Part shown: in pieces, positions 1-8,842 of the stretch
How the letters are laid out: the number at the start of each line of letters is the position of its first letter
Numbering within the stretch: the first letter of the stretch is position 1
NCBI GenBank assembly: GCA_035630135.1
Contig: DASQLF010000172.1
Location: 1-50,892 of the forward strand
Direction of reading: 5' to 3'
From: Gaiellaceae bacterium
GTDB taxonomy: Bacteria; Actinomycetota; Thermoleophilia; Gaiellales; Gaiellaceae
Length of the DNA: 50,892 nt
The notes under the pieces: generated by a model
Databases searched by the model: none
Seen by the model: the letters and a program-made list of their open reading frames with translations, nothing else
Told to the model about the DNA's origin: nothing
Translations under genes and position numbers: made by a program

Positions 1-1
1 C

Positions 2-424
2 GATCTCGTCGGCGCGACGATCGAGGCGAAGGACATCCCCGCGCTCGTCGACGAGCTTCCGCTGCTCGCCGTCGCGGCGTGTCACGCTCGGGGCGACACG
101 GTCGTTCGCGGCGCGAGCGAGCTGCGGGTCAAGGAGTCCGATCGGCTCGAGGCCGTCGTCGAGGAGCTCCGCCGCGTCGGGGGACACGTGCGCGCGACGC
201 CCGACGGCTTCCGGGTACGCGGCGTCCCGGCGCGTCTCCGCGGAGGAGTCATGGACACCCGTGGAGACCATCGCCTGGCGATGCTCGGCGCGGTTGCGGG
301 CGTCGCTTCGCGCGAGGGAGTCGACCTGCGCGGCGCCGAGGCCGTGGACGCCAGCTTCCCCGGTTTCTTCGACGTTCTCGCAGCAGTCGCGCCGGGCGCG
401 GTTCATTACCCTCCCGCGACATGA
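2..424 (+). CDS. aroA: 3-phosphoshikimate 1-carboxyvinyltransferase (EPSP synthase), C-terminal fragment; the 5' end lies outside the window
   Basis: Frame 2 is open from base 2. Translation DLVGATIEAKDIPALVDELPLLAVAACHARGDTVVRGASELRVKESDRLEAVVEELRRVGGHVRATPDGFRVRG...GDHRLAMLGAVAGV matches the conserved EPSP synthase C-terminus. The ORF track shows only the part after an internal Met (188..424). The stop overlaps the cmk ATG (ATGA at 421-424). Confidence 0.9.
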   Translation, partial: DLVGATIEAKDIPALVDELPLLAVAACHARGDTVVRGASELRVKESDRLEAVVEELRRVGGHVRATPDGFRVRGVPARLRGGVMDTRGDHRLAMLGAVAGVASREGVDLRGAEAVDASFPGFFDVLAAVAPGAVHYPPAT

Positions 425-1047
425 TCGTGGCCATCGACGGCCCTGCGGGGTCGGGGAAGAGCACCGTCGCGTCGACTCTCGCGCAACGCCTCGGGTTCCA
501 CTACCTCGACACGGGGGCGATGTACCGCGCCCTCACCTGGATCGCGCGGCGCGACGGAGTCGACCTCGAGGACGGAACCGCGCTTGCGCGGCTCGCCGCC
601 GAGCATCCGGTCACCTTCGGGCTCGACGGGCTCGTGGAGATGGACGGTGAGGACGTCACCTCCGCGATCCGGGTCGCCGAGATCGACCGGCTCGTGCCGT
701 TCGTGGCCGGACATCCCGAGGTGCGCGAGGTGATGCGCGAGCGGCAGCGCGCCCTCGCGGTGGTCGGCGACTCCGTCATCGAGGGCCGCGACATCGGCAC
801 CGTGGTCGCGCCGCAGGCCGAGGTGAAGGTCTTCCTTCTCGCCGACGAGAACGAGCGTGCGCGGCGGCGCACGTACGACCGCCCCGGTGTGGCCGCGGAG
901 ACCCTCGCGGAGGATCTGCGCAGCCGGGACGAGCGCGACGCGGTCAACACGCGGCCGGCCGCCGATGCCGTCCACCTCGACACCACGAGCCTGTCCGTTG
1001 ACGACGTGGTCGAGCGGATCGCAGAGCTCGTGGAGGCCACGCGGTGA
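421..1047 (+). CDS. cmk: cytidylate kinase
   Basis: ATG at 421. MIVAIDGPAGSGKSTVAS P-loop followed by LDTGAMYRA. The 79..420 part of the track ORF is an Arg-rich read-through overlapping aroA and is not used. Confidence 0.93.
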   Translation: MIVAIDGPAGSGKSTVASTLAQRLGFHYLDTGAMYRALTWIARRDGVDLEDGTALARLAAEHPVTFGLDGLVEMDGEDVTSAIRVAEIDRLVPFVAGHPEVREVMRERQRALAVVGDSVIEGRDIGTVVAPQAEVKVFLLADENERARRRTYDRPGVAAETLAEDLRSRDERDAVNTRPAADAVHLDTTSLSVDDVVERIAELVEATR

Positions 1048-1694
1048 ACAGGACGGACGCGGTCTGGGCGGTTGGACGGCGGACCATCGGATCCGCGACC
1101 AGGGGGCTCACGAAGCTCCGGGTCTACGGCGACGAGCGCGTGCCGCGCGAGGGCGGCCTCGTCGTGGCGTCGAACCATCTGAGCTGGATCGACCCGCCCG
1201 CACTCGGCGCCGCGATCCCGCGCACGCTCTACTTCATGGCCAAGGTCGAGGCGCATCGCGTGCCGGGGCTCGGCCAGCTCATGCGGTCGTTCGGCGCCTT
1301 CGCAGTCCGCCGTGGGGAGTCCGACCGCGACGCGGTCAGGACGATGCGACAGATCGTCCGCGACGGTCACGCCCTCGGGCTCTTCGTCGAGGGAACACGC
1401 CAGCGGTCGGGCGTGCCCGGGCCCGTCCAGCCGGGAGCGGCGATGGTTGCGATCAACGAGGACGTCCCGGTGATCTGTGCGGCGATCTACGGCTCCTTCG
1501 AATGGCGGCTCGGGAACTTCAGCCCGGTCTCCGTCGCCTGGGGGACGCCTCTGTCGTTCGACGGTCTGCCGCGCGGCGGGAAGGGCTACAAGGAGGCGTC
1601 CGTCGAGATCGAGCGTGAGATCCGCAGGCTGTGGGACTGGCTCGCGGGCCTGCACGAAGCCGGTCGCCCGCGCGCTGCAACACCTCCCGCATGA
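1044..1694 (+). CDS. plsC: 1-acyl-sn-glycerol-3-phosphate acyltransferase family protein
   Basis: GTG 1044 overlaps the cmk stop (GTGA). Acyltransferase HX4D motif (NHLSWID) and FVEGTR block. Confidence 0.85.
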   Translation: MNRTDAVWAVGRRTIGSATRGLTKLRVYGDERVPREGGLVVASNHLSWIDPPALGAAIPRTLYFMAKVEAHRVPGLGQLMRSFGAFAVRRGESDRDAVRTMRQIVRDGHALGLFVEGTRQRSGVPGPVQPGAAMVAINEDVPVICAAIYGSFEWRLGNFSPVSVAWGTPLSFDGLPRGGKGYKEASVEIEREIRRLWDWLAGLHEAGRPRAATPPA

Positions 1695-3058
1695 CCTCTC
1701 GGAGAGGACACGGCTCGCGCGGGAATCGATCAGAGGGTCGGGACGTCCCCGACGTCGGCGAGCTGGCGGGCACGGTCGCCATCGTCGGCTTCCCGAACGT
1801 CGGCAAGTCGACGCTGATCAATCGCCTCACGGCCACGCGCACCGCGGTCGTCCACGAGACGCCGGGCGTCACGAGGGATCGCAAGGAGCTTCTCTGCGAG
1901 TGGTCGGGGACGACGTTCAGGATCATCGACACGGGCGGCGTCGACCGTACGGACACGGGGCCGTTCGGCCCGCAAATCGCCGCACAGGCTCGGGAGGCCG
2001 TGAGCGAGGCGGACCTCGTGCTGCTCGTTGTCGACGCGAGCGTCGGCGTCACGCCGGGAGACGAGGAGCTGGCCGAGATCCTGCGCACGTCGAGGCGTCC
2101 GGTGCTGGTGCTCGCGAACAAGCTGGACGACCCGCGGCGAGATCTCGAGGCGCTCGACTTCCACCGGCTCGGGCTCGGCGACCCGATCCCGATCTCGGCC
2201 CTGCACGGGCACGGGTCGGGCGACTTGCTCGACGAGATCGTCGCGCGGCTCCCCGGTCACGGCGAGCGGCCCGTCGGCGAGGAGGCGATCAAGGTCGCGA
2301 TTCTCGGCCGGCCGAACGTCGGCAAGTCCTCGCTTCTCAACGCGCTCGTCGGGCGCGAGCGGGTAATCGTCTCGGACGTCCCCGGCACGACGCGCGACTC
2401 GATCGACACCGTGCTCCGCCGTGACGACTCCACGTTCGTCCTCGTGGACACGGCGGGACTCAGGCGGAAGCGGAAGCAGCGCCAGGGAATCGAGTACTAC
2501 TCGGAGCTGCGCGCGCTCGAGGCGGCCGAGCGCGCCGATGTCGCGCTCGTGCTGGTCGACGCGAGTCAGGGCATCGTCGAGGGCGACCTCGCCGTCGCCG
2601 ACGTCGCCCGCAAGGCACAGTGCGCCACCGTCGTCGTCCTCTCGAAGTGGGACGTCACGGAGATCCGCCTCGAGGACGTGCGACCGGAAGTCCTCACACG
2701 ACTTCGCCAGCGCCCGCCGCTCATCGCCGTGTCTGCGCACTCGGGCCGAGGGCTCGAGCGGCTGCTCGCGATGGTCGAGACCGTCTTCGTCCGCTACGCC
2801 GGCCGGATCCCGACGGCGGAGCTGAACCGCGCGCTGCAAGAGCTGCGCGAGGCGCGCCAGCCGCCGGGGCGCCGCGGGCGCCGCCTCAACCTGCTCTACG
2901 GCACGCAGGTGAGCTCGCGTCCCCCGCGCTTCCGGTTCTTCGTGAACGACCGCACCCTCGTGACGCGCGACTACGGCCACTGGATCGAGAACGAGCTGCG
3001 TGCGCGCTTCTCGCTCGAGGGCGTCCCCGTCTCGATCGACTTCGTGACGTCCGAATGA
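1691..3058 (+). CDS. der: ribosome-biogenesis GTPase Der (EngA)
   Basis: ATG 1691 overlaps the plsC stop (ATGA). Two tandem GTPase domains (GFPNVGKSTLIN...DTGG and GRPNVGKSSLLN...DTAG) plus a KH-like C-terminus. A start at 1631 is also possible. Confidence 0.93.
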   Translation: MTSRRGHGSRGNRSEGRDVPDVGELAGTVAIVGFPNVGKSTLINRLTATRTAVVHETPGVTRDRKELLCEWSGTTFRIIDTGGVDRTDTGPFGPQIAAQAREAVSEADLVLLVVDASVGVTPGDEELAEILRTSRRPVLVLANKLDDPRRDLEALDFHRLGLGDPIPISALHGHGSGDLLDEIVARLPGHGERPVGEEAIKVAILGRPNVGKSSLLNALVGRERVIVSDVPGTTRDSIDTVLRRDDSTFVLVDTAGLRRKRKQRQGIEYYSELRALEAAERADVALVLVDASQGIVEGDLAVADVARKAQCATVVVLSKWDVTEIRLEDVRPEVLTRLRQRPPLIAVSAHSGRGLERLLAMVETVFVRYAGRIPTAELNRALQELREARQPPGRRGRRLNLLYGTQVSSRPPRFRFFVNDRTLVTRDYGHWIENELRARFSLEGVPVSIDFVTSE

Positions 3059-4011
3059 GAGCGGTCGTCGTCGGCGCGGGGTCGTGGGGAACCGCCGTCG
3101 CGTGCCTCCTGCGCGACAACGGCCACGCCGTCACGCTCGCGGCGCGCGATCCCGAGCAGGTGGATGCGATGAACGCGACGGGTCGAAACCCTCGCTACGC
3201 GATCGGTGCCGACCTCGACGGCATCGTCGCGACGACGATCCTGGACGCTCCGGTCGAAGCAGCCGAGCTCGTCGTCGTCGCCGTCCCGAGCAGGGTCTTC
3301 GGCGAGGTCGTGGCACGGCTTCCCGGCAACGCGCCGATCCTCAGCCTCACGAAGGGGCTCGACCCAGGCACGGGCGCGCGCCTGTCGACGCTGGCCGGCG
3401 ACCGGCCCGTCGCCGTCCTCTCGGGGCCGAACATCGCGGAGGAGATCGTGCGCGGGCTGCCTGCTGCTGCGGTCGTCGCGAGCGAGGACCTCGAGCTTGC
3501 CGTGCGCGTGCAGGTGGCGGTGCACTCCGTTCTCTTCCGTGTCTACGTCAGCGACGACGTCGCCGGCGTCGAGCTGTGCGCCGCGGCGAAGAACGTGATT
3601 GCGCTCGCGGCGGGCGGCGCGGACGGGCTCAGTCTCGGCGACAACGCGAAGGCGGCGCTCGTCGCACGCGGCCTCGCCGAGATGCGACGCCTCGCCGAGT
3701 CGGCCGGCGCCCGCTCGGACACCTTCGCGGGTCTCGCCGGCATGGGCGACCTGATCGTCACCTGCTGGTCTCCCTCGGGCCGCAACCGGCGCGCGGGCGA
3801 GCTGATCGCGCGCGGGACGAGCCCGGAGGACGCCGCAGCCGAGATCGGCATGGTCGTCGAGGGGCTGACGACAGCGCCCGTCCTACGCGACCTCGCCCAC
3901 CGACTCGAGATCGAGCTCCCGATCACCGAAGGTGTGTGCGCGGTGCTCGAGGGGCAGTCGCTGGCCGATCTCGTGGGTCAGCTGATGCGGCGCGCTCCTA
4001 CGACGGAGTAA
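3055..4011 (+). CDS. gpsA: NAD(P)H-dependent glycerol-3-phosphate dehydrogenase
   Basis: ATG 3055 overlaps the der stop (ATGA). [16 protein letters not shown] Rossmann start; [19 protein letters not shown] block. The upstream 2620..3054 part of the track ORF overlaps der and is rejected. Confidence 0.92.
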   Translation: MRAVVVGAGSWGTAVACLLRDNGHAVTLAARDPEQVDAMNATGRNPRYAIGADLDGIVATTILDAPVEAAELVVVAVPSRVFGEVVARLPGNAPILSLTKGLDPGTGARLSTLAGDRPVAVLSGPNIAEEIVRGLPAAAVVASEDLELAVRVQVAVHSVLFRVYVSDDVAGVELCAAAKNVIALAAGGADGLSLGDNAKAALVARGLAEMRRLAESAGARSDTFAGLAGMGDLIVTCWSPSGRNRRAGELIARGTSPEDAAAEIGMVVEGLTTAPVLRDLAHRLEIELPITEGVCAVLEGQSLADLVGQLMRRAPTTE

Positions 4012-4039
4012 GCCTGAGCCCCAGGTACGCTTCCGAACC

Positions 4040-5290
4040 GTGCCAGCCCGCTCCTTCTCGTTCACGTCCGAATCTGTCACCGAGGGCCATCCCGACAAGA
4101 TCGCCGACCAGATCTCGGACTCCGTCCTCGACGCGATCCTGAAGGACGATCCGAACGGGCGCGTCGCCTGCGAGACGCTCATTACGACGGGGCTCGTCGT
4201 CGTCGCGGGGGAGATCACGACCGAGACGTACGTCGACATCCGCGCCATCGTCCGCGAGCGCATCGCGGAGATCGGCTACACGCGCGCGAAGTACGGCTTC
4301 GACTACGAGACGTGCGGCGTCGTCGTCGCGATCGACGGCCAGTCGCCCGACATCGCGCAGGGCGTGGACACGTCGTACGAGGCGCAGCACGGCGACACCG
4401 ATCCCCTCGACCTCCTCGGCGCGGGCGACCAGGGAATGATGTTCGGCTACGCGACGAGCGAGACAGCCGAGCTCATGCCCATGCCGATCATGCTCGCCCA
4501 CAAGCTCGCGCGGCGGATGGCGGAGGTGCGCAAGGCGAACGTGCTCCCCTATCTTCGGCCCGACGGCAAGTCGCAGGTCACGATCCGCTACGAGGTCGAC
4601 GAGCACGGCATCCAGCGTCCGGTCGAGGTCGAGCGGGTGCTCCTCTCGACACAGCATCGCGACGGTCTCGACGTCGAGACGCTGCTGAAGCCCGACCTGC
4701 TGGAGCACGTCGTCGAGCCGATCCTCAACGCCGACGCCCGCGGCCTCTACGACCCGGCGAGGCTCAGCGCCAAGGACTTCCTCTACGTGAACCCGACCGG
4801 CAAGTTCGTGATCGGGGGGCCGATGGGGGACACCGGTCTGACGGGCCGCAAGATCGTCGTCGACACCTACGGCGGGGCGGCTCCCCACGGCGGCGGCGCC
4901 TTCTCCGGCAAGGATCCGACGAAGGTCGACCGCTCCGCGGCCTACGCCGCGCGCTACGTGGCCAAGAACGTCGTCGCGGCGGGTCTGGCCGACCGTTGTC
5001 AGATCCAGGTCGCGTACGCGATCGGCGTGGCGAAGCCCATGAGCGTGAACGTCGAGTGCTTCGGAACCGAGTCGGTGCCACTGTCGCGGATCGAGCAGCT
5101 CGTCGACGAGCACTTCGAACTGCGCCCCGGGGCGATCGTCCGCGACCTCGACCTCACGCGGCCGATCTACGCGAAGACGGCGGCGTATGGCCACTTCGGC
5201 CGCGACGACCGCGATTTCACGTGGGAGCGCACCGACAAGGCCGACGCGCTTCGCGACGCCTCATCGCTCCTCGCCGAGTCGACGGCCTAG
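4040..5290 (+). CDS. metK: S-adenosylmethionine synthetase
   Basis: GTG 4040. [30 protein letters not shown] and [19 protein letters not shown] signatures. Confidence 0.97.
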   Translation: MPARSFSFTSESVTEGHPDKIADQISDSVLDAILKDDPNGRVACETLITTGLVVVAGEITTETYVDIRAIVRERIAEIGYTRAKYGFDYETCGVVVAIDGQSPDIAQGVDTSYEAQHGDTDPLDLLGAGDQGMMFGYATSETAELMPMPIMLAHKLARRMAEVRKANVLPYLRPDGKSQVTIRYEVDEHGIQRPVEVERVLLSTQHRDGLDVETLLKPDLLEHVVEPILNADARGLYDPARLSAKDFLYVNPTGKFVIGGPMGDTGLTGRKIVVDTYGGAAPHGGGAFSGKDPTKVDRSAAYAARYVAKNVVAAGLADRCQIQVAYAIGVAKPMSVNVECFGTESVPLSRIEQLVDEHFELRPGAIVRDLDLTRPIYAKTAAYGHFGRDDRDFTWERTDKADALRDASSLLAESTA

Positions 5291-5296
5291 AAAACG

Positions 5297-5325
5297 ACGA
5301 AGGCCCGCCTGGGGCGGACCTTCGT
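5297..5325. terminator. GC-rich hairpin between convergent metK and the DtxR-family gene (possible bidirectional terminator)
   Basis: ACGAAGGCCCGCC-tgg-GGCGGACCTTCGT. 12 of 13 positions pair and there is no clear T-tract. It starts 7 nt after the metK stop. Confidence 0.5.
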
Positions 5326-5428
5326 CTGGAGGGCAGTCGATCGGAGGGAGTTACTGCGCTCCACCCAATCGCGCCGGCCTGAGAGCGCCCTGTGAGGGAG
5401 CTAAGAAATTCCTAAGAGGTGGTCGCGC

Positions 5429-6115
5429 TCACGCGGCGCGGACGTAGATGCCGTCCGCGGCCCGTTCGGCGATCGGCCGCTCGGCGCCGTCGACCGAGAT
5501 CACGAGCTGGCCGGCCGCCGGCTGCGCCGAGATCACGGTGACCCGCGATCCCGGAATCAGCCCCTCGTCGTAGAACCAGTGGAGAAGGTCGCCGTCGTGC
5601 TCGGCGAGGCGGATGATGTGGCCGTCGCGGCCGACGGGCAGCTCGGCGAGAGCCACGAGCTCCGCGTTCTCGGCCTGCTCGAACTCGGTGTCCACGGGCC
5701 AGCCGTGGGGACAGCGGTCAGGTCCGCCGAGGCGATCGTTGATGCGCTCGATCATCTCGTCGGTGAAGGTGTCCCCGAGCTCGTCGGCGTGGACGTGGGA
5801 CTCCGCGGCCGTGTAGCCCATGAAGTCGGTGAGAAACCGCTCGATGATCCGGTGCTTGCGGACGACGCGGCGCGCTCGCTCGGCACCCTCGGGCGTGAGG
5901 ATCGCCTCCTTCTGCTCGCCGCGCTCGACGAGACCTTCCGCCTCGAGTCGCTTGAGCATCTCGCCCGCGGAGGCTCGCGAGATACCGAGCATCTCCGCGA
6001 CGCGTGAGGCGATGGCGGTCGCGCCCGTCGCCGGCCGGTACTCGCCGATCGGGAACGCGAGGAAGTAGATCGTCTCCAGGTACTCGTCGACGGAGTGGCC
6101 GGCCATCGCGCCCAT
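5429..6115 (-). CDS. DtxR/IdeR/MntR-family metal-dependent transcriptional repressor with C-terminal SH3-like (FeoA-type) domain
   Basis: MGAMAGHSVDEYLETIYFL...IASRVAEMLGISRASAGEMLKRLEAEGLV (wHTH) ...RKHRIIERFL... then the C-terminal domain. The alternative ATG at 6106 has better spacing to AGGA. The rest of the 473-aa track ORF upstream is a read-through into the permease gene. Confidence 0.88.
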   Translation of the reverse strand: MGAMAGHSVDEYLETIYFLAFPIGEYRPATGATAIASRVAEMLGISRASAGEMLKRLEAEGLVERGEQKEAILTPEGAERARRVVRKHRIIERFLTDFMGYTAAESHVHADELGDTFTDEMIERINDRLGGPDRCPHGWPVDTEFEQAENAELVALAELPVGRDGHIIRLAEHDGDLLHWFYDEGLIPGSRVTVISAQPAAGQLVISVDGAERPIAERAADGIYVRAA

Positions 6116-6129
6116 CCTAGTGACGCCGA

Positions 6130-7743
6130 CTACTCGGCTGCCCCGAGCTCCCATGCGTTTCGCCACGAGAGGAGGTAGACGAGCGGGGCCGCGATGGCGA
6201 TGAGGAGGAGCGCGGACGGCGCCACCTCGGAGTAGGCGCCGATCGAGGTGCCCTTCCAGATCTCGGTCGCCAGCGTCTCGAAGCCGATGGGCCGGAGGAG
6301 CAGCGTGGCCGGAAGCTCCTTGATCGTGCTCAGGAACACGAGCGCCGCGCCTGCGAGCACGCCCGAGCGAGCCAGCGGCAGCACGACAGCGCCCATGGCT
6401 GCGACGGGCTTCCGGCCGAGCGAGCGCGCGGCCTCTTCGAGGCGTGGGCTCACCGAGTCGAGCGACGCGCGCGTCGAGGCGAGCCCGTACGGCATGAAGC
6501 GGATCACGTACGCGGCGATGAGCAGGCCGAGGCTTCCGTACACCGGCGCGCCCATCCGCGCGCCGACGAACACGAGTGCGAGCGCGACGGCGATTCCCGG
6601 AAGCGCGCTCGGAAGAAGGGTCAACCGCTCGAGCCAGCGCGTCAGCGGCGAGGGATAGCGCCACGCGAGCAGCGCGGCGGGGAGGACGACGACAGCGGCG
6701 ACGACAGCGGCTGCGACCGCCGTCCCGGCCGATCCGAGCGCGGCCGACCAGGCGACCTGCGCACGGCCCGAGATCGGATCGGCACTGAACGACCACCACG
6801 CGAGAACTCCGACCGGGAGCACGAGGAAGAAGCCGACGGCAGATCCGCAAAATGCGAGAGCGGGCCAGCGCCAGCGGCCGAGCCGAACGACCGTTGCAGC
6901 CCGTCCGGCGCCGGGTGTCGAGCGGTGGATCGCACCCCGCATCCGGAACCGCGATCCGATGAGCACGATCGCGAGCGCCAGGGCGACGAGGGCGAGCGCG
7001 AGAATCGCCGCCGACTCGAGCGCGAGCAGGGACTCGTACCGCACGTAGATCCCCGTCGTCAGCGTGGAGTAGCCCATCAGCGAGACGACGCCGAAGTCGG
7101 AGAGGACGTAGAGCGCCACGAGCAGCACCGCGGCGGCGAGCGACGGCCGCAGGGAGGGAAGCGTCACGCGGGCGAACACGCCAACTCGGCCTACGCCGAG
7201 GCTACGCGCCGCTTCCTCCGCGGCTCCGTCGGCATTGCGGAGGCCGGCTGCGGCGAGCAGGTAGACGTACGGATACGTGGCGAGCGTCAGCGCGACCAGC
7301 GAGCCCCAGTAGCCCGCCACCTCCGGGAGCCGGTCGACCCCGACCGGCTCGAGAGCCTCCTGGACGAGCCCGCGCGGAGCGAACGCGCCGAGGAGTGCGA
7401 GCGCCGCGACGAAGCTCGGGATGACGAGAGGGAGCGACACGGCGATGCCCCATAGACGACGCCCGGGAAGATCGGTCCGGACGACGAGCCAGGCGAGTGG
7501 GACGCCGACCGCGAGGGTCGCGACGACAACGCCGATTGCCAGGAGCAGCGTGGCCCAGGCGAGGTCGAGCGTCGTCGAGAGCGAGGCCAGTGCACGCGCC
7601 TCGGCGTCGGCCGAGAGCGCTCGCACGGCCAGGTAGGCCACCGGGACGGTCGCGGCGAGCGCGACGACGCCGGCGACCGCGACGAGGAGTCGCGGTGCGC
7701 GGCGACCGCGGGACGGAACCGCGGTCGCCGCGCTCGCGGTCAC
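6130..7743 (-). CDS. ABC transporter permease, fused two-domain type (FbpB/iron(III)-like)
   Basis: GTG at 7743 overlaps the stop of the upstream binding-protein gene (GTGA on the minus strand). About 537 aa and highly hydrophobic, with two repeated permease halves, each carrying an EAA-like loop (EEAARSLG twice). Confidence 0.85.
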   Translation of the reverse strand: MTASAATAVPSRGRRAPRLLVAVAGVVALAATVPVAYLAVRALSADAEARALASLSTTLDLAWATLLLAIGVVVATLAVGVPLAWLVVRTDLPGRRLWGIAVSLPLVIPSFVAALALLGAFAPRGLVQEALEPVGVDRLPEVAGYWGSLVALTLATYPYVYLLAAAGLRNADGAAEEAARSLGVGRVGVFARVTLPSLRPSLAAAVLLVALYVLSDFGVVSLMGYSTLTTGIYVRYESLLALESAAILALALVALALAIVLIGSRFRMRGAIHRSTPGAGRAATVVRLGRWRWPALAFCGSAVGFFLVLPVGVLAWWSFSADPISGRAQVAWSAALGSAGTAVAAAVVAAVVVLPAALLAWRYPSPLTRWLERLTLLPSALPGIAVALALVFVGARMGAPVYGSLGLLIAAYVIRFMPYGLASTRASLDSVSPRLEEAARSLGRKPVAAMGAVVLPLARSGVLAGAALVFLSTIKELPATLLLRPIGFETLATEIWKGTSIGAYSEVAPSALLLIAIAAPLVYLLSWRNAWELGAAE

Positions 7744-8762
7744 CTGATGTAGCCCTCCTCCAGAAGCAGCCGCACGGCCGGGGAAATGTCGGTCGCCAGG
7801 CGCCCGAGCGTGTACTTCGGCCCGTTGATCGTCGTCAGTGCGCGGAGACCCGGGCGGCGCGGGACGCCTTTCACGAGCGGGTACTCGGCTGCGCCAGGCC
7901 CGCGCGCGATCATCCGCTGGCCATTCTTCGAGAGCAGGAAGTCGACGAACCGCTGCGCCGCAGCGCGCTTCTGCGTCGTCGAGACGATGCCGACACCCGC
8001 GGCGAGCACGAGGTTGCCCGGGTCGCCGTCGCGGAACCAGTGGTTGCGCGCCGGCAGGTTCGGCGTCTCGGCGAGCAGGTTGTAGAGGTAGTAGTGGTTC
8101 ACGAGCCCCACCTGGACGTCGCCTCGGCCGACGGCCTGCACGACGGTCGTGTTGTTCGGGTAGAAGCGCACGTCGTTCTCGCGAAGTCCCTCGAGCCATG
8201 CGCGGACCCGCGCCTCACCGAACAGGTGGATGGTCGCGCCGAGAAAGGCCTGGAACGACGCGTTCGTGGGCGCGACGCCGATTTTGCCCTTCCACTTCGC
8301 GTTCGTGAGACCCCAGACGGACGCGGGCAGATCGGCCTGCCGGACGTCGTTCGTGTTGTAGACGAGGACGCGGGAGCGGCCGCTCGTGCCGACCCAGCGC
8401 CGGCTGCGCGTGGAGAACCGATCCGGCACCTTGCCGACCGTCGACTGCGACAGGCGGGCGAGGAGCCCGCGGGCCGCCACCAGCCCGAGCGTTCCGGGCT
8501 CCTGCGACCAGTAGACGTCGGCAGGGCTGTTTCGGCCCTCCTCGACGAGCGCGGTGGCGAGCGTCGTCGACGAGGCGTACCGCACCTTGAGCTCGATGCC
8601 CGTCTCCCGCGTGAAGCGATCCATGATCGGCTTCACGAGACGTTCCTCGCGACCGGAGTAGATCGTCAGTGACGTCGTCTGGCCGGGCGCGGTGGCCGCG
8701 CCGGCGGCGAGGGAAAGGGCGGCCACCACGGCCGCGAGTGCGAGGGTGAAGAGCTTGCTCAT
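7740..8762 (-). CDS. ABC transporter periplasmic/extracellular substrate-binding protein, Fe(III)/FbpA-like family
   Basis: ATG 8762 preceded by AGGAGG. Signal peptide MSKLFTLALAAVVAALSLAAGAATA. LTIYSGREERLVKPIMDRFTRETGIELKVRY resembles the FbpA/AfuA-type start. Confidence 0.8.
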   Translation of the reverse strand: MSKLFTLALAAVVAALSLAAGAATAPGQTTSLTIYSGREERLVKPIMDRFTRETGIELKVRYASSTTLATALVEEGRNSPADVYWSQEPGTLGLVAARGLLARLSQSTVGKVPDRFSTRSRRWVGTSGRSRVLVYNTNDVRQADLPASVWGLTNAKWKGKIGVAPTNASFQAFLGATIHLFGEARVRAWLEGLRENDVRFYPNNTTVVQAVGRGDVQVGLVNHYYLYNLLAETPNLPARNHWFRDGDPGNLVLAAGVGIVSTTQKRAAAQRFVDFLLSKNGQRMIARGPGAAEYPLVKGVPRRPGLRALTTINGPKYTLGRLATDISPAVRLLLEEGYIR

Positions 8763-8800
8763 CGTGCTGGAACCTCCTGTAATAGTCACCTTAGCCGCGG

Positions 8801-8818
8801 TGTAAGGGTGACCTTACA
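8801..8818 (-). promoter_or_regulatory. 18-bp perfect palindrome TGTAAGGGTGACCTTACA in the ATPase/binding-protein intergenic gap; candidate repressor operator
   Basis: Read directly. The 7-nt arms are identical to those of the second copy at 9862-9879. An extra half-site-like GTCACCTTA sits at 8785-8793. Confidence 0.55.
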
Positions 8819-8842
8819 TGCGCTCGCACGAGCACGTCTCCG

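Noticed and set aside
79-420. N-terminal extensions that the ORF track gives to several genes: cmk from 79, der from 1631, gpsA from 2620, rsmB from 13642, recG from 24370, coaD from 27149, fakA from 21071, ffh from 42009, rpsP from 42794, lepB from 45289, rplS from 46165, yraN from 46991, and the DtxR-family gene up to 6850.
   Set aside because: The extensions overlap the preceding well-supported gene and translate to Arg-rich nonsense. An internal start sits exactly at the upstream stop codon (ATGA/GTGA) or after an SD, and it matches the canonical family N-terminus.
4012-4039. Looked for a SAM riboswitch or leader in front of metK.
   Set aside because: The gap after gpsA is only 28 nt, too short for any known SAM riboswitch class.
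5330-5428. The relatively AT-richer stretch GAGCTAAGAAATTCCTAAGAGG, with a direct CTAAG repeat, downstream of both metK and the DtxR-family gene. Considered as a small RNA or operator.
   Set aside because: It lies in a convergent 3'-3' region where no promoter is expected. It has no convincing structure beyond the nearby terminator hairpin and no similarity to the palindromic sites.
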